The position numbers and the translations under genes are program-made. 64,000 bases of DNA, from positions 256,001 to 320,000 of the forward strand of contig CAWECG010000001.1 in NCBI GenBank assembly GCA_963807605.1, written 5' to 3'. Every line of letters starts with the position of its first letter. Position 1 is the stretch's first letter. The DNA comes from Candidatus Bathyarchaeota archaeon. Lineage in GTDB: Archaea > Thermoproteota > Bathyarchaeia > 40CM-2-53-6 > RBG-13-38-9. The notes below the pieces were generated by a model. It ran no database searches and had not been told where the DNA came from. It worked only from the letters and a program-made list of their open reading frames with translations. This document shows, piece by piece, positions 38,102-48,206 of the stretch.

Positions 38102-38223
38102 CCCGGGAGCCTCTCGATCTGAGTAAGATGAAAGACGAAAGTTACACCTTTTCTTTTTTTACCGTCTCAGCAGCACGGCTACTCTGCACGCTGACCTCTT
38201 GAGACAGAGAGGGGTTTCCCGGG
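38102..38223. other. Imperfect inverted-repeat / multibranch structured element
   Basis: CCCGGGAGCCTCTC ... GAGAGGGGTTTCCCGGG closing stem with two internal arms. Confidence 0.35.
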
Positions 38224-38369
38224 TGTCAATGGCACTTTAAAATTTGAACAGTATTTAGCGGGTGTTTGTGGTTGCTAAGGGGCAGGCTTCCTTCTCCTCG
38301 TTACATTCACGATCAGGATAGCGACGCGCGGGTTCTAAAGGCTAGCGCACACGATATCGCAGACTGCGG

Positions 38370-39572
38370 TCACGGCTTTGTGAAGTTCGCGATGAAATAT
38401 CCTGTGCCATGCAAATTAGGATCAAATCTCTGCAACGAAGAAGCGGCATCTCCAAAACTCTTCATGCCCTCTCCTCCCAAACGGATCTTTTGATCGGTGA
38501 GTCTCAATCCGAGTTCCTCAACACCATATCGTGCGACATCTTCACATTCCTGCTTAGTGATAGTACAGACACTATACACTATGGAACCACGATCTTTCAC
38601 TAATCTTGAAGCTGCGCCGAGAAATTGCTTTTGATAGGACGAAAGATCTTGAATTGCTTTTCTCGAGATTTCAACGTGGAGTTTAGGATTGAGTCCAAGT
38701 GCGCTGCACGGGGGATCGACTAGGCATTTGTCGGCTGTCAAATCAGGATAGTCAACATCAAGATATCTGGAGTCATGAGCGATCAATGTCACGTTCTGAC
38801 ATCCAAGCCGTTCAATGTTGTCTCTGGCGATCCTTATCTTTTTGGGATTCCGGTCAACCCCTATCAATTTGCCTTTGTTCTGCATAAGTTGGGAGATGTG
38901 TGAGAGTTTACCACCCGGTGAACAGTTTAAGTCGACAATGGTGTCTCCAGGCTTGGGGTCTAGTACTCGTGATGTGACCATGGCTGGCAGGGACTGTGGA
39001 TAGAAGAGGCCTTCCGAATATTCTTCACTCTCTCTCAGATTCAGGGTGGCGTAAATGGGAGAGGTGACCTCAACTGCAAGACCTCTTCTAAGGTTCAGAA
39101 TCTCCGTCTCATTCATTTGCATCCTACCAACGCCGACAACCTGACCATAAACATCGGTGATCTCAACCTCGTCGTTGCGTCTGAGTTTTGAGCAGTTCAT
39201 AACTGCTGGCGCATATAGGGGGGCGCCCTGAAGAACGGACTCGGCGGCAAACTTGTCGACAACAATTCTCTTCTTGACTTTAGGAATTTCGAATGGCCCT
39301 CTGAGAGGTGTGAAAACGGCCTCTTCAATTGGGTCAAACTGATAGATCTGATTACTCTTCATGCGGATCTTATTGATCAATTCTTTGGGGGAGATCTTTA
39401 GGGTGTTTACGCGTAAGAAATATCTCGGGTCTGGCCTCTTGAGTGATTGAATAACCTTCTCCACATCGTCCTTGTATACCTCTCGAAGTGCTTCAACCGA
39501 ATCGATTGAGAATAAATATGTATCCGCAAGTTCTCGCGAGAGATCTCCTGATTCTACAGATATCTCATGCAT
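38370..39572 (-). CDS. RsmB/NOP2/Sun m5C RNA methyltransferase with PUA domain (NSUN6-like)
   Basis: LRVNTLK, PUA (AESVLQGA.LYAP), DLNCSPGGK, DPPCS and YSVCT. Confidence 0.92.
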   Translation of the reverse strand: MHEISVESGDLSRELADTYLFSIDSVEALREVYKDDVEKVIQSLKRPDPRYFLRVNTLKISPKELINKIRMKSNQIYQFDPIEEAVFTPLRGPFEIPKVKKRIVVDKFAAESVLQGAPLYAPAVMNCSKLRRNDEVEITDVYGQVVGVGRMQMNETEILNLRRGLAVEVTSPIYATLNLRESEEYSEGLFYPQSLPAMVTSRVLDPKPGDTIVDLNCSPGGKLSHISQLMQNKGKLIGVDRNPKKIRIARDNIERLGCQNVTLIAHDSRYLDVDYPDLTADKCLVDPPCSALGLNPKLHVEISRKAIQDLSSYQKQFLGAASRLVKDRGSIVYSVCTITKQECEDVARYGVEELGLRLTDQKIRLGGEGMKSFGDAASSLQRFDPNLHGTGYFIANFTKP

Positions 39573-39667
39573 TTGGGTACTCTCGTTGCGACCGGTAATC
39601 TGATCTGGTCTCTTGCCTTGGCAATTTTAATAAGTTTCGTGGTCTTCTGAGTTCTGGGGGTTCATAA

Positions 39668-40108
39668 TTGTCGCGTGTGGGCATACATAGCAAGGGCGAG
39701 CTTTCAATACAGAATTTGCTCGATTTCATAAGGGCCAATGAGAGATTCAACGAGGTGGGTGGAGTTGCCTGCTTCCTTGGATTCGTTAAAGGGTTCACGA
39801 ATGAAGATAAGAAGGTCACGAGTCTGGAGTTGGAAGCATATAAGGAAAGAGCTGAGGAGACCTTCAGTCAGATATCAGAGGATATCAAGACTCGTCCTGG
39901 AATTGTTGACTGTCTCATCCATCATGTCACTGGAAAACTGGATCTGGGAGATTTGATCTTCGTAGTCATGGTAGCTGGAAGATCTAGGAAGGACGTATTT
40001 CCTGCACTGGTTGAGGCAGTCGAACGGGCGAAAAGAGAGGCCGCTATATGGAAAAAGGAGAGTCTGACTACTGGTGAATCTTACTGGGTCGAGTATGGTA
40101 AAGAATAG
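39668..40108 (+). CDS. moaE: Molybdopterin synthase catalytic subunit MoaE
   Basis: GGVACF.G.V, HH.TG.L..G and R...F..L...VE..K....IWKKE. Confidence 0.9.
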   Translation: MSRVGIHSKGELSIQNLLDFIRANERFNEVGGVACFLGFVKGFTNEDKKVTSLELEAYKERAEETFSQISEDIKTRPGIVDCLIHHVTGKLDLGDLIFVVMVAGRSRKDVFPALVEAVERAKREAAIWKKESLTTGESYWVEYGKE

Positions 40109-40144
40109 AAAAAGGGATGACGCACTAAGCGTCATCTAATCGTT

Positions 40145-40654
40145 CTAGTATCTTCTTCTGGAGCCGAACCTTCTGTAGCCGCCTCTTCCTCCTTCTCTAC
40201 GGTCGTCTCCACCTCCGCCGTATCGTGGCCTGAAAGAGTCGTAACGCCGTTCCTGCTCAAACTGCTTGTCAGAGAGGTTATTTGTCGTATTCACGGTTGA
40301 GATGGGCTGGCTTGAAGGTGTTAGGGTTCCATACCTGCCTATGTTCAGACGCATCGAACCTTTGAAGAGGGAGATATAGCCATTCTTAATGTCTATAGTT
40401 GTTTCCTCCTTCACGTTCTCGATGTTGTCATCCCAAAGCGTCAGGTATATTGCGCCTGTCTCGTCACCCGCAAGTGCATCCGTCACTTTGTGAACAGTAC
40501 CATCTCTTCTTGAGATGGTCTCTCTAACTGGACTCTTCGAGACAACTTTGACGGTAGTATTGACTTGTCTCGAATTTGGGGTTAGTTTCTCTACTTTTAC
40601 GATTTCTGCAGGTTGGGAACCTGCTGGGGTTTCTGGATTTTCATCAAATGACAT
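40145..40654 (-). CDS. ssb: Single-stranded DNA-binding protein (crenarchaeal-type single OB fold, Arg/Gly tail)
   Basis: GDETGAI.LTLW, NGY...FKG.MRLNIGRYG and an RGG-rich C-tail. Confidence 0.88.
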   Translation of the reverse strand: MSFDENPETPAGSQPAEIVKVEKLTPNSRQVNTTVKVVSKSPVRETISRRDGTVHKVTDALAGDETGAIYLTLWDDNIENVKEETTIDIKNGYISLFKGSMRLNIGRYGTLTPSSQPISTVNTTNNLSDKQFEQERRYDSFRPRYGGGGDDRREGGRGGYRRFGSRRRY

Positions 40655-40757
40655 CTTGTTTACTCTCGCTCAACAGGAGACCTCTGAATATCCACGATGC
40701 TCTTAAGAGTTTTCATACTGGAGAATCTCACCAGAAAAATCGGCGTTGTGGCGGATT

Positions 40758-42212
40758 TTAATCGATACTAGCCTGAATAGCCTTCAGTTTGTCTCTTATC
40801 AGAGTATTTGCTAGATGAGGATCAGCCTTGTCTTGGGTCTCTTTCATCAACTGACCTACAAGGAATCGTACCGCCTTCTCGTCTTTGATTGCGTCCCTTA
40901 CAGCTTTGGGATTTGAGGTGAATATCTTCTCTGTAAGTTGTTGCAGGTACTCTCTGTCGGTGATTCTCCTCATCTTTTCTTCTTCGATTATATGTTCCGG
41001 CGATTTTCCTGTGGTTAACATCTTCTTGAGGATCTCTTTGCCTATCTTCCCACTTATGGTTCCGTCATCAATGAGCTTGAGCATTCTGACAATATGTTCA
41101 GGCGTAATCCCAGCATCTCGCAGTTCGAGATCCATTTCATAGAGGTATGAGAGAAGGTCACCTACCAGCCAATTGCTGAGTAAATCAGGTCTCTTGTAAT
41201 TCTTTGCGCATTCCTCAAAAAAGTCTGCAAGGTCCTTGTTTTCGGTGAGGATTTCTGCGTTCTGCAGAGATATGCCATACTGCGTCATTAATCGTTCCTT
41301 GTGACTTTCAGGGAGTTCAGGCATAGACAACTTCTGTTGCTCGATCTCTTCCCTTGTAACCAATACTGGAACGAGATCTGGCTCGGGGAAGTATCTGTAA
41401 TCTTCTTCCTCCTCCTTGACTCTCAGAGAGATTGTGATTCTTCTTGTCTCGTCCCAATGCCGGGTCTCTCGGCCTACGCGGAGGCCCTTCCTAACTAGAT
41501 TCCTTTGTCGTGTAATCTCGAAATTGAGTGCTCTCTCAACCTCCCTGAAGGAGGATATGTTCTTCACCTCAACCCTTGTGCCTCCTTCAATCGATATGTT
41601 CGCGTCGCACCTCATGGATCCTTCAAGATCGCCTCTAGAAACCTCAAGATGTTCAAGGATCGAACGCAATTTCTGGAGAAATCTTCTCGCCTCCCTCGGA
41701 GAATTCATGTCAGGCTCCGTCACGATCTCGGCTAAGGCTACCCCCGCCCTGTTATAGTCAACAAGAGCAGATCGTGAAGTCTCAATCGTTCCTTCATAAC
41801 TGAGTTTTCCGGGATCTTCCTCCAGTTGAAGTCTTGAGATGTGGACAATCCTCCCATCAAGTGTTATAGTCCCATTCTTGGCTATGGGGACGCCCCCAGC
41901 TCTATCGTACTGCGAGATCTGGAAGTTCTTGGGCATATCAGGATAGAAGTAGTTCTTTCTGTAGAAGACCGTTCTACTACTGACCTGCATATTCAATGCG
42001 AGGGCAATTAGGATGGCGTCCTCAACGGCTTTTCGATTCAGTACTGGCAGAGTTCCCGGCAGACCAAAACAGACCGGACAGAGATGCGTGTTCGGTTCGC
42101 TCTTCCTGTAATCTGCTGAACAGCTGCAGAAGAGTTTACTCTTGAGATTAGTGAGTTGACAGTGAACTTCAAGTCCGATCTTGGCCTTGAGATCAGTGAC
42201 CTCCAGCATCAT
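40758..42212 (-). CDS. gatB: Asp/Glu-tRNA amidotransferase subunit B
   Basis: IGLEVHCQL, RKNYFYPD, DYNRAG and DYRYFPEPDL. Confidence 0.97.
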   Translation of the reverse strand: MMLEVTDLKAKIGLEVHCQLTNLKSKLFCSCSADYRKSEPNTHLCPVCFGLPGTLPVLNRKAVEDAILIALALNMQVSSRTVFYRKNYFYPDMPKNFQISQYDRAGGVPIAKNGTITLDGRIVHISRLQLEEDPGKLSYEGTIETSRSALVDYNRAGVALAEIVTEPDMNSPREARRFLQKLRSILEHLEVSRGDLEGSMRCDANISIEGGTRVEVKNISSFREVERALNFEITRQRNLVRKGLRVGRETRHWDETRRITISLRVKEEEEDYRYFPEPDLVPVLVTREEIEQQKLSMPELPESHKERLMTQYGISLQNAEILTENKDLADFFEECAKNYKRPDLLSNWLVGDLLSYLYEMDLELRDAGITPEHIVRMLKLIDDGTISGKIGKEILKKMLTTGKSPEHIIEEEKMRRITDREYLQQLTEKIFTSNPKAVRDAIKDEKAVRFLVGQLMKETQDKADPHLANTLIRDKLKAIQASID

Positions 42213-42220
42213 TCATCTCT

Positions 42221-43684
42221 CTAGATCTTTAATTTCAAGTTGAGTTCGCCAAGATTCTGTTCCAGGGTATATGCTGCCCTTATCAGCAGGTCCTCCCGAA
42301 AGGCCGGAGCCATTAGCTGAAGACCTATAGGTAGTCCTTGACTTGAGCCGCAGGGCATCGAGACTGCGGGTATACCTGCGAGATTTGCAATAACCGTATC
42401 AACGTCGCACATGTACATCTCTAGAGGATCTAAGAGTTTCTCTTTGAGTTTGAATGGAAGGATCGGCATGGTTGGGGCAGCCAGCAGGTCAACGTTCTTG
42501 AAGGCCTTAGACAGTTCCTGCTTGATTAAGGTCCTGACCCTTTGGGCTTTCAAGTAGTATTGGTCGTAGTAGCCAGCTGAGAGTGCGAAGGTTCCAAGCA
42601 ATATCCTCCTTTTGACTTCAGGACCGAAGCCTCCTTTCCTGTTTCTGGAGTACGCTACGCTCCAATCGTAATTCTCATCTTTTAGTCTTAATCCGTATCT
42701 TATACCGTCGTATCGGGCCAAGTTGGAGCTAGCTTCGGACACAGCAATGATATAGTATGAGGCTAATGCATAGTCGAGGGTTTCGAGTTTGATCTCATTG
42801 TAGGTCGCGCCGAGTTCCTCAAGTTTTAGTATGGCTTTCCAAACGTTCTTTGACACAATCTCGTTTGTTCCTTCGCCGAAGAGTTCCTCTGGAATTCCAA
42901 TCCTCATTCCTGCTACGTCTTCAACGAGATTTGTCTTCAGTCTTGTTGGACCCTGGGCGACCGATGTACTGTCGCGGTTGTCGTGACCAGCTAGGATGTC
43001 TGTTAGCAAGGCTACATCAGAAACATTTCTCGCTATAGGAGATATCTGCTCCAGACTGTTGGCATAGGCGATGAGACCGTATCTGCTTACTAGACCATAC
43101 GTAGGTTTGAGTCCGACTACGCCGCAGAAGCTTGCGGGACATCTTACGGAACCTCCAGTGTCAGAGCCTAAAGAGACCGTTGCTTCCAACGCAGCAACAG
43201 AAGCAGCACTTCCTCCAGATGAGCCTCCGGGAACCCGTCTCAGATCGTGGGGGTTGAAGGTCGGTCCGAAGTGACTATGTTCTGTGGACGAGCCCATGGC
43301 AAACTCGTCCATATTTGTCTTGCCAATTATCACTCCGTCCTGCGACTGAAGCTTCTCAACTACTGTTGCATCGTAAGGGGGAGTGAAGTTCTCAAGCATC
43401 TTTGAACCGCATGTTGTCCTTATCCCGTTTGTGCAGATGTTGTCCTTAATCGCTACAGCGATACCGGCGAGGGACCCGACCTCCAGATTCTTACCAAGTT
43501 TGGTATCTACTTCATGGGCCTTTTCTAGGGCGAGTTTCTCGGTTAAGGTTACGAAGGCGTGTATCTTCGTGTCAACCTTCTTTATTCGTGCAAAGCATTC
43601 ACTGATGTATTCTTCAGCTGAAAGCTCCTGTGTCCTTATTCTCTCGGCAAGTTCAGAGGCCGAGAGCTCCAGAATTTTTGACAT
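42221..43684 (-). CDS. gatA: Asp/Glu-tRNA amidotransferase subunit A
   Basis: KDNI, GKTNMDEFAMGSS, GGSSGGS, GSDTGGSVR.PA and RYDG. Confidence 0.97.
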   Translation of the reverse strand: MSKILELSASELAERIRTQELSAEEYISECFARIKKVDTKIHAFVTLTEKLALEKAHEVDTKLGKNLEVGSLAGIAVAIKDNICTNGIRTTCGSKMLENFTPPYDATVVEKLQSQDGVIIGKTNMDEFAMGSSTEHSHFGPTFNPHDLRRVPGGSSGGSAASVAALEATVSLGSDTGGSVRCPASFCGVVGLKPTYGLVSRYGLIAYANSLEQISPIARNVSDVALLTDILAGHDNRDSTSVAQGPTRLKTNLVEDVAGMRIGIPEELFGEGTNEIVSKNVWKAILKLEELGATYNEIKLETLDYALASYYIIAVSEASSNLARYDGIRYGLRLKDENYDWSVAYSRNRKGGFGPEVKRRILLGTFALSAGYYDQYYLKAQRVRTLIKQELSKAFKNVDLLAAPTMPILPFKLKEKLLDPLEMYMCDVDTVIANLAGIPAVSMPCGSSQGLPIGLQLMAPAFREDLLIRAAYTLEQNLGELNLKLKI

Positions 43685-43695
43685 GCCAAGTTCAA

Positions 43696-43989
43696 CTAGA
43701 CGATTCTAGGTGCTCGGATGAATCTTCCCTTTTTCGCTGGCACGCCTTTGAGGAGTGATTCTGAGGGCTTGGTTTGCGGCTCATCCTCACGCATAACGTT
43801 CGTGACTTCTACAACATGGTATGTTGGCTCTACCCCTTCAGTATCTGCCTCATCAAGTTTCTTGAAGTACCTTAGGATCTCACTCATTTCCTCTGCGTAC
43901 TTCTCTTCCTCCAATTTTGAGATTCGGATTCTTGAAAGCCAAGCTAAGTGTTTGACTTGTGCTCTCGTTATCTCTTTGCTCTTGACCAT
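43696..43989 (-). CDS. gatC: Asp/Glu-tRNA amidotransferase subunit C
   Basis: V.HLA.LSR, DTEGVEPT and MRED; position in the gatCAB operon. Confidence 0.93.
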   Translation of the reverse strand: MVKSKEITRAQVKHLAWLSRIRISKLEEEKYAEEMSEILRYFKKLDEADTEGVEPTYHVVEVTNVMREDEPQTKPSESLLKGVPAKKGRFIRAPRIV

Positions 43990-44001
43990 TCCTGATCGCC
44001 T

Positions 44002-45327
44002 TTACGGTGTGAGCCTCTGCGGATCTCTAGGGAAGAGAACGACCTCACGTATGTTTTCAACGCCTGTCAATATCATTATGAGTCTATCCAAACCCAATCC
44101 GAAGCCTGCGTGTGGCGACATTCCGTAATCAAAAATCTTCAGATGGTACTCAAAATTCCTAGGGTTCAAACCCTTTTCAACGAGTCTCTTAGCAAGCTCT
44201 TTTCTGTCACTTATTCTGGAACCACCTGAAGCTAGCTCGATAGAGCCATGCATAAAGTCGAAGGACTCGCAGATCTTTGGGTTACTCTCCTTCGGCTTTA
44301 GGTAAAATGCTTTAGAGGTTGTTGGCCAGTCAATGATGAAATGGTAGTCTGGGAAGATCTTTGAATAGCTCTTTAGGTGGGCTGTTGAGAGATCGTCTCC
44401 CCATTCGATCTTAACTCCTTCTTTTGCTAGGAGTTCTAGAACGTCATCATATGTGATTCTCTTAAGTGGTAACTGTGGAGGTTCGAGTTTGATATTGAGA
44501 ACGGACAACTCCTCCTTGCACCCTAAATTGAGTGATGTTATTACATTGGAGATCATTCTTTCAAGCAGCTCCATCACGTCGTTATAGGTTACGTAAGCCT
44601 GTTCTATGTCTACCGAGATCGCTTCACTCAGGTGCTTCAGCGTCCTAAACTGCTCAGCCCTGAAGATTGACCCTATCTCGAAGACCTTCTCGAAGACGTT
44701 TGCCAATTGTTCTTTGTAGAGTTGTGGACTCTGAGCTAGGAAAGCCTCTTTGTCGTAGTAGAGCAGAGGAAAGAGGGCTGCTCCCCCTTCTGTCGCTGAG
44801 GCTATTATCTTTGGAGTGTTAACTTCGATGAAGCCCTCCTCATGCAGGAATTGCCTCATGGTCTGAAGAACAGCGCTTTTAATTTTGAATATGGCTTGGG
44901 ACTGCGGGCGAAGAAGATCAATAGTACGAAGATCGAGCCGTTTGTCTATACTTTGTTCGGCTTTTCCGTAAGGGTCGAATGGAAGCTTCTTCCGTGGCTC
45001 ATCGAGAATCTTGATATCCGATGGGGCGATCTCGGCGCCGTGGGGGGCTTTTGATATGCTCTTCACGTATCCCCTCACCCCAAGTGAACTGTATTGTTTG
45101 AGACCTCTGACGGTGTCTAAAACGGAGGTCGGAGATTTGTCCCTTTGAACTGTTACCTGAACAATTCCTTTCATATCTTGCAGTATAATGAAGGTGATTC
45201 CTCCTTGCTCACGTATACTCACAACCCGGCCGAAGAGCGTGACTTCTTTTCCTTCAAGGCTCGGGTTAACATCAATGGAGTAACGTGTTCTCCTCCAACC
45301 ACTCAGACCCTTGGAATCTTCAGGCAA
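44002..45327 (-). CDS. aspS: Aspartate--tRNA ligase (probably non-discriminating, Asp/Asn)
   Basis: RLDLR..DL, TEGGA, LAQSPQLYK, FRAE and PHAGFGLGLDR; co-operonic with gatCAB. Confidence 0.95.
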   Translation of the reverse strand: MPEDSKGLSGWRRTRYSIDVNPSLEGKEVTLFGRVVSIREQGGITFIILQDMKGIVQVTVQRDKSPTSVLDTVRGLKQYSSLGVRGYVKSISKAPHGAEIAPSDIKILDEPRKKLPFDPYGKAEQSIDKRLDLRTIDLLRPQSQAIFKIKSAVLQTMRQFLHEEGFIEVNTPKIIASATEGGAALFPLLYYDKEAFLAQSPQLYKEQLANVFEKVFEIGSIFRAEQFRTLKHLSEAISVDIEQAYVTYNDVMELLERMISNVITSLNLGCKEELSVLNIKLEPPQLPLKRITYDDVLELLAKEGVKIEWGDDLSTAHLKSYSKIFPDYHFIIDWPTTSKAFYLKPKESNPKICESFDFMHGSIELASGGSRISDRKELAKRLVEKGLNPRNFEYHLKIFDYGMSPHAGFGLGLDRLIMILTGVENIREVVLFPRDPQRLTP

Positions 45328-45546
45328 CCTACTAACCCTTGCCCCAGTTATTCTGACCCCTTTTATTACCTTTACAGTCTAACTAGCAGTCGTACTCTCT
45401 CTTGCTGAGAATTGAGTATACCAAGGCTGTTTGGCCTAGATTCTCCACTTTCAAAGTATTTATTACGAAAAGGTTGTGAGGGAAGACTCTGTCAGAAGCC
45501 AACTGAGTCGGACTCATGTTGTCCAAGGAGTATTAGACTAAAAGTC

Positions 45547-46236
45547 GTGAAAAATGTGTCCGCCCCAAAGTATTCCGTACATGCATCTCACCTAGCGAAG
45601 ACCTATGGGAATAGATACGGTCTCAGAGATGCAAACCTCGAAGTGGTAGACCACGAAGTATTTGCCCTCATGGGGCCAAATGGAGCGGGAAAATCAACAT
45701 TGCTGAGGATCTTGGCGACTCTCACCAGGCCAACCACTGGAGAGGCCAAGATATGTGGATATGATCTTCTCAAGGAGCCTCAGACAGTCAGAAAGCTGAT
45801 TGGTGTCATGCTCCACCAAAGCGTACTCTATGATGAGTTGACTGGCAGAGAAAACCTGTCATTCTATCTGCGACTCTACGGTTTCAGAGAGAGAATGATA
45901 GTAAGAGAACTGATCGCCAAAAAGGCCACCATATTCGGCTTAGAAGATCGGCTTGATGACCGCGTCGGAACGCTTTCGAGCGGACTGAAAAAGAGGTTAG
46001 ACATTGTCAGAGCAACTATCCATGGCCCGAGACTTATACTGTTGGACGAGCCTTTCGCAGGCCTTGATCCTGATGGGGAAGAGTGTCTCAAAAACTATCT
46101 GAAACATGCAAAAGACAATTCGGCTATTCTATTCACGACTCACAGTCTAGATATTGCTGAAGAGACTTCTGATAATATCGCTATGTTAAAGGATGGGGCA
46201 GTGGCGGAGGGGCGTCACCTCACAGCTAGGGAGTGA
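45547..46236 (+). CDS. ccmA: Heme exporter ATP-binding subunit CcmA
   Basis: GPNGAGKST, LSSG and LLDEP; precedes ccmB/C. The true start is likely ~45547-45556. Confidence 0.85.
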   Translation: MKNVSAPKYSVHASHLAKTYGNRYGLRDANLEVVDHEVFALMGPNGAGKSTLLRILATLTRPTTGEAKICGYDLLKEPQTVRKLIGVMLHQSVLYDELTGRENLSFYLRLYGFRERMIVRELIAKKATIFGLEDRLDDRVGTLSSGLKKRLDIVRATIHGPRLILLDEPFAGLDPDGEECLKNYLKHAKDNSAILFTTHSLDIAEETSDNIAMLKDGAVAEGRHLTARE

Positions 46237-46255
46237 GGCACGTGGTGAGGAAGTG

Positions 46256-46951
46256 ATGCGCAAATCATTGATATTCGAATTCTTTGGAGATGTGTGGGAG
46301 CTTCTGCTTAAAGATCTGCGACTAGAGTTGAGAAGGAGATACGAGGTCTATTCAATCATCATATTTGCTTTGCTCTCAAATCTTTCGTTTGGATTTGCGT
46401 TGGGAGTTGTGACCCCTGATGTACTTGAGTTTGTTCCGGCTGCTCTTTGGATTTCCATACTTTTCATTGGCATGTTAGGTTTTACAACGGTCTTTGTTAG
46501 GGAGATGGACAAGGGATCGATTGATGGATTGAGATTGGCTCCAGTCTCTCCTCAGAGCATACTTCTCGCAAAAACGCTGTACACTTTTTTGCTTATGAGT
46601 GCGGGCACAGTCTTCGTCGTTCCTTCAAGTATGATTATTATGAATTATACTTTCCAATCAGACTACTTGCTGGTAATCATGGTATTTGCGTTGGGCATCC
46701 TCAACATAGCGATTATCGGCTCAATAGTCTCAGCTTTGGCGATGTACTCCGAGTCGAGGATCCTCATCATCCCCGCCTTGTCTCTTCCGCTTGTCCCCGG
46801 CACTTTAATACCTTCAATACTTGCAACGGGGAAACTTGCATCTGGAGCGCGGATCGATGTTATTCTGCCGGAACTTCAGTTAAATATCGCGTTTCTTCTG
46901 CTGATGATTGCTGTCTTATGGATAACGTTTGAATATGTGCTGCGTGATTGA
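46256..46951 (+). CDS. ccmB: Heme exporter permease CcmB
   Basis: KDLRLE.R, F.RE.D.GS.DGL.LAP and final FEY; about 6 TM helices. Confidence 0.88.
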   Translation: MRKSLIFEFFGDVWELLLKDLRLELRRRYEVYSIIIFALLSNLSFGFALGVVTPDVLEFVPAALWISILFIGMLGFTTVFVREMDKGSIDGLRLAPVSPQSILLAKTLYTFLLMSAGTVFVVPSSMIIMNYTFQSDYLLVIMVFALGILNIAIIGSIVSALAMYSESRILIIPALSLPLVPGTLIPSILATGKLASGARIDVILPELQLNIAFLLLMIAVLWITFEYVLRD

Positions 46952-46961
46952 TGGTGACCCC

Positions 46962-47636
46962 ATGAATAATCGGTTTACCTTTCCCGGAGTCTTTCTTGTC
47001 AATATCGTTGCACTCTACATGATCTTCATCTGGGCTCCACCCGAAAAGACTCTTGGCGATTCCTACAGAGTTTTCTTCATTCATACTCCTTCTGCTTGGG
47101 TTTCCTATCTCGCATTTGCCATTACCTTCTGTAGCAGCGTTTTCTATCTCAGGACTTACAAGCTAAGCTGGGATCTGTATGCTGCAGCTTCATCGACACT
47201 CGGCATTCTTTTTTCCATAGTTACTCTGGTTACGGGCTCCATATGGGCGAAGCTAGCCTGGGGATTATACTGGAACTGGGATCCTCGGGAAACTTCTACT
47301 TTGATACTCCTTATGGCATATCTTGCTTATGCTAGTCTAAGGATGGCTGTTACCGAAAGAGATCGAAGAGCTCGAATCTCGGCCGTCTTAGGGATCTTGA
47401 TGTTTGCGACTATTCCATTGAGTTATCTGTCAGCAGTCTTCTGGACTACGCTTCATCCAATGCTTCTGTTGCCTACCAGCAGTCTTCGGTTGAGTGTCGA
47501 ACCGTCTATTCTCTTGACGTTGATTGTCTCTGCCTCTGGAGTAACATTATTATTCATCTGGATGTTCTACCTCACGCTGAGCATTTACCGGATGAACGAG
47601 ACTATTGGGGTTGCCTTGCTGGAGAGTAAGGGATGA
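46962..47636 (+). CDS. ccmC: Heme chaperone/exporter CcmC
   Basis: HTP.AW, GSIWAK.AWG.YWNWDPRET (WWD domain) and TLHP. Confidence 0.93.
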   Translation: MNNRFTFPGVFLVNIVALYMIFIWAPPEKTLGDSYRVFFIHTPSAWVSYLAFAITFCSSVFYLRTYKLSWDLYAAASSTLGILFSIVTLVTGSIWAKLAWGLYWNWDPRETSTLILLMAYLAYASLRMAVTERDRRARISAVLGILMFATIPLSYLSAVFWTTLHPMLLLPTSSLRLSVEPSILLTLIVSASGVTLLFIWMFYLTLSIYRMNETIGVALLESKG

Positions 47637-47764
47637 CCACTTTAGAATTACTGCTTGCAGTCTCGCTGATCTTTTGGGGCGCCATATTTTTCTATCTTCT
47701 GTGGCTGCATTCGAAGATAAGGGAGCTCACCAAGAATATTGACAGATTGAGACAAAGGGAATAG
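47633..47764 (+). CDS. ccmD: CcmD (small membrane protein, not in ORF track)
   Basis: MTTLELLLAVSLIFWGAIFFYLLWLHSKIRELTKNIDRLRQRE; overlaps the ccmC stop (ATGA) and ends just before ccmE. Confidence 0.75.
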   Translation: MTTLELLLAVSLIFWGAIFFYLLWLHSKIRELTKNIDRLRQRE

Positions 47765-47765
47765 T

Positions 47766-48134
47766 TTGAGATCTTACAAAATACTGATTCTGATAGTAAT
47801 CTTGGTCGGGGCGGGATACCTGATTCTTCAAGCATCTCGATCGATCATGAATCCATACCTGTCAGTCTCAGAGGTTAAAGCGCACCCTGAATTATACTCT
47901 GGCAAAGAGATCCAGCTAATTGGGAACATCACTGGACCTTTGAGTAGTGGACTCCAAGGTCTAGAATTCGGTCTTACGGATGGAACAACCTCCATTCGGG
48001 TGTCGTACGTCGGGCCAATCCCTCAAAATTTCATGGAAGGCATCCGTGTCGTGATCATAGGAAAGTTGAATGCAGACGGTAATTTCTTTGCTGACCAGAT
48101 ACTTACGAAGTGTCCATCAAAGTATGTCTCTTGA
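47766..48134 (+). CDS. ccmE: Heme chaperone CcmE, CxxxY (System I*) type
   Basis: N-terminal TM, Y.G..P..F.EG..V and C-terminal KCPSKY. Confidence 0.9.
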   Translation: MRSYKILILIVILVGAGYLILQASRSIMNPYLSVSEVKAHPELYSGKEIQLIGNITGPLSSGLQGLEFGLTDGTTSIRVSYVGPIPQNFMEGIRVVIIGKLNADGNFFADQILTKCPSKYVS

Positions 48135-48206
48135 AGACCTCTGACAATAACTCTAATCGTCTAATTTTGATTAGGAACTTGGCAATTTGCGTGGAGATGC
48201 CATCTA

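Noticed and set aside
39668-40108. MoaE as partner making the Ubl/E1 a molybdopterin sulfur relay
   Set aside because: It is 17 kb away; the Ubl resembles ubiquitin more than MoaD, and a catalytic E2 sits between Ubl and E1.
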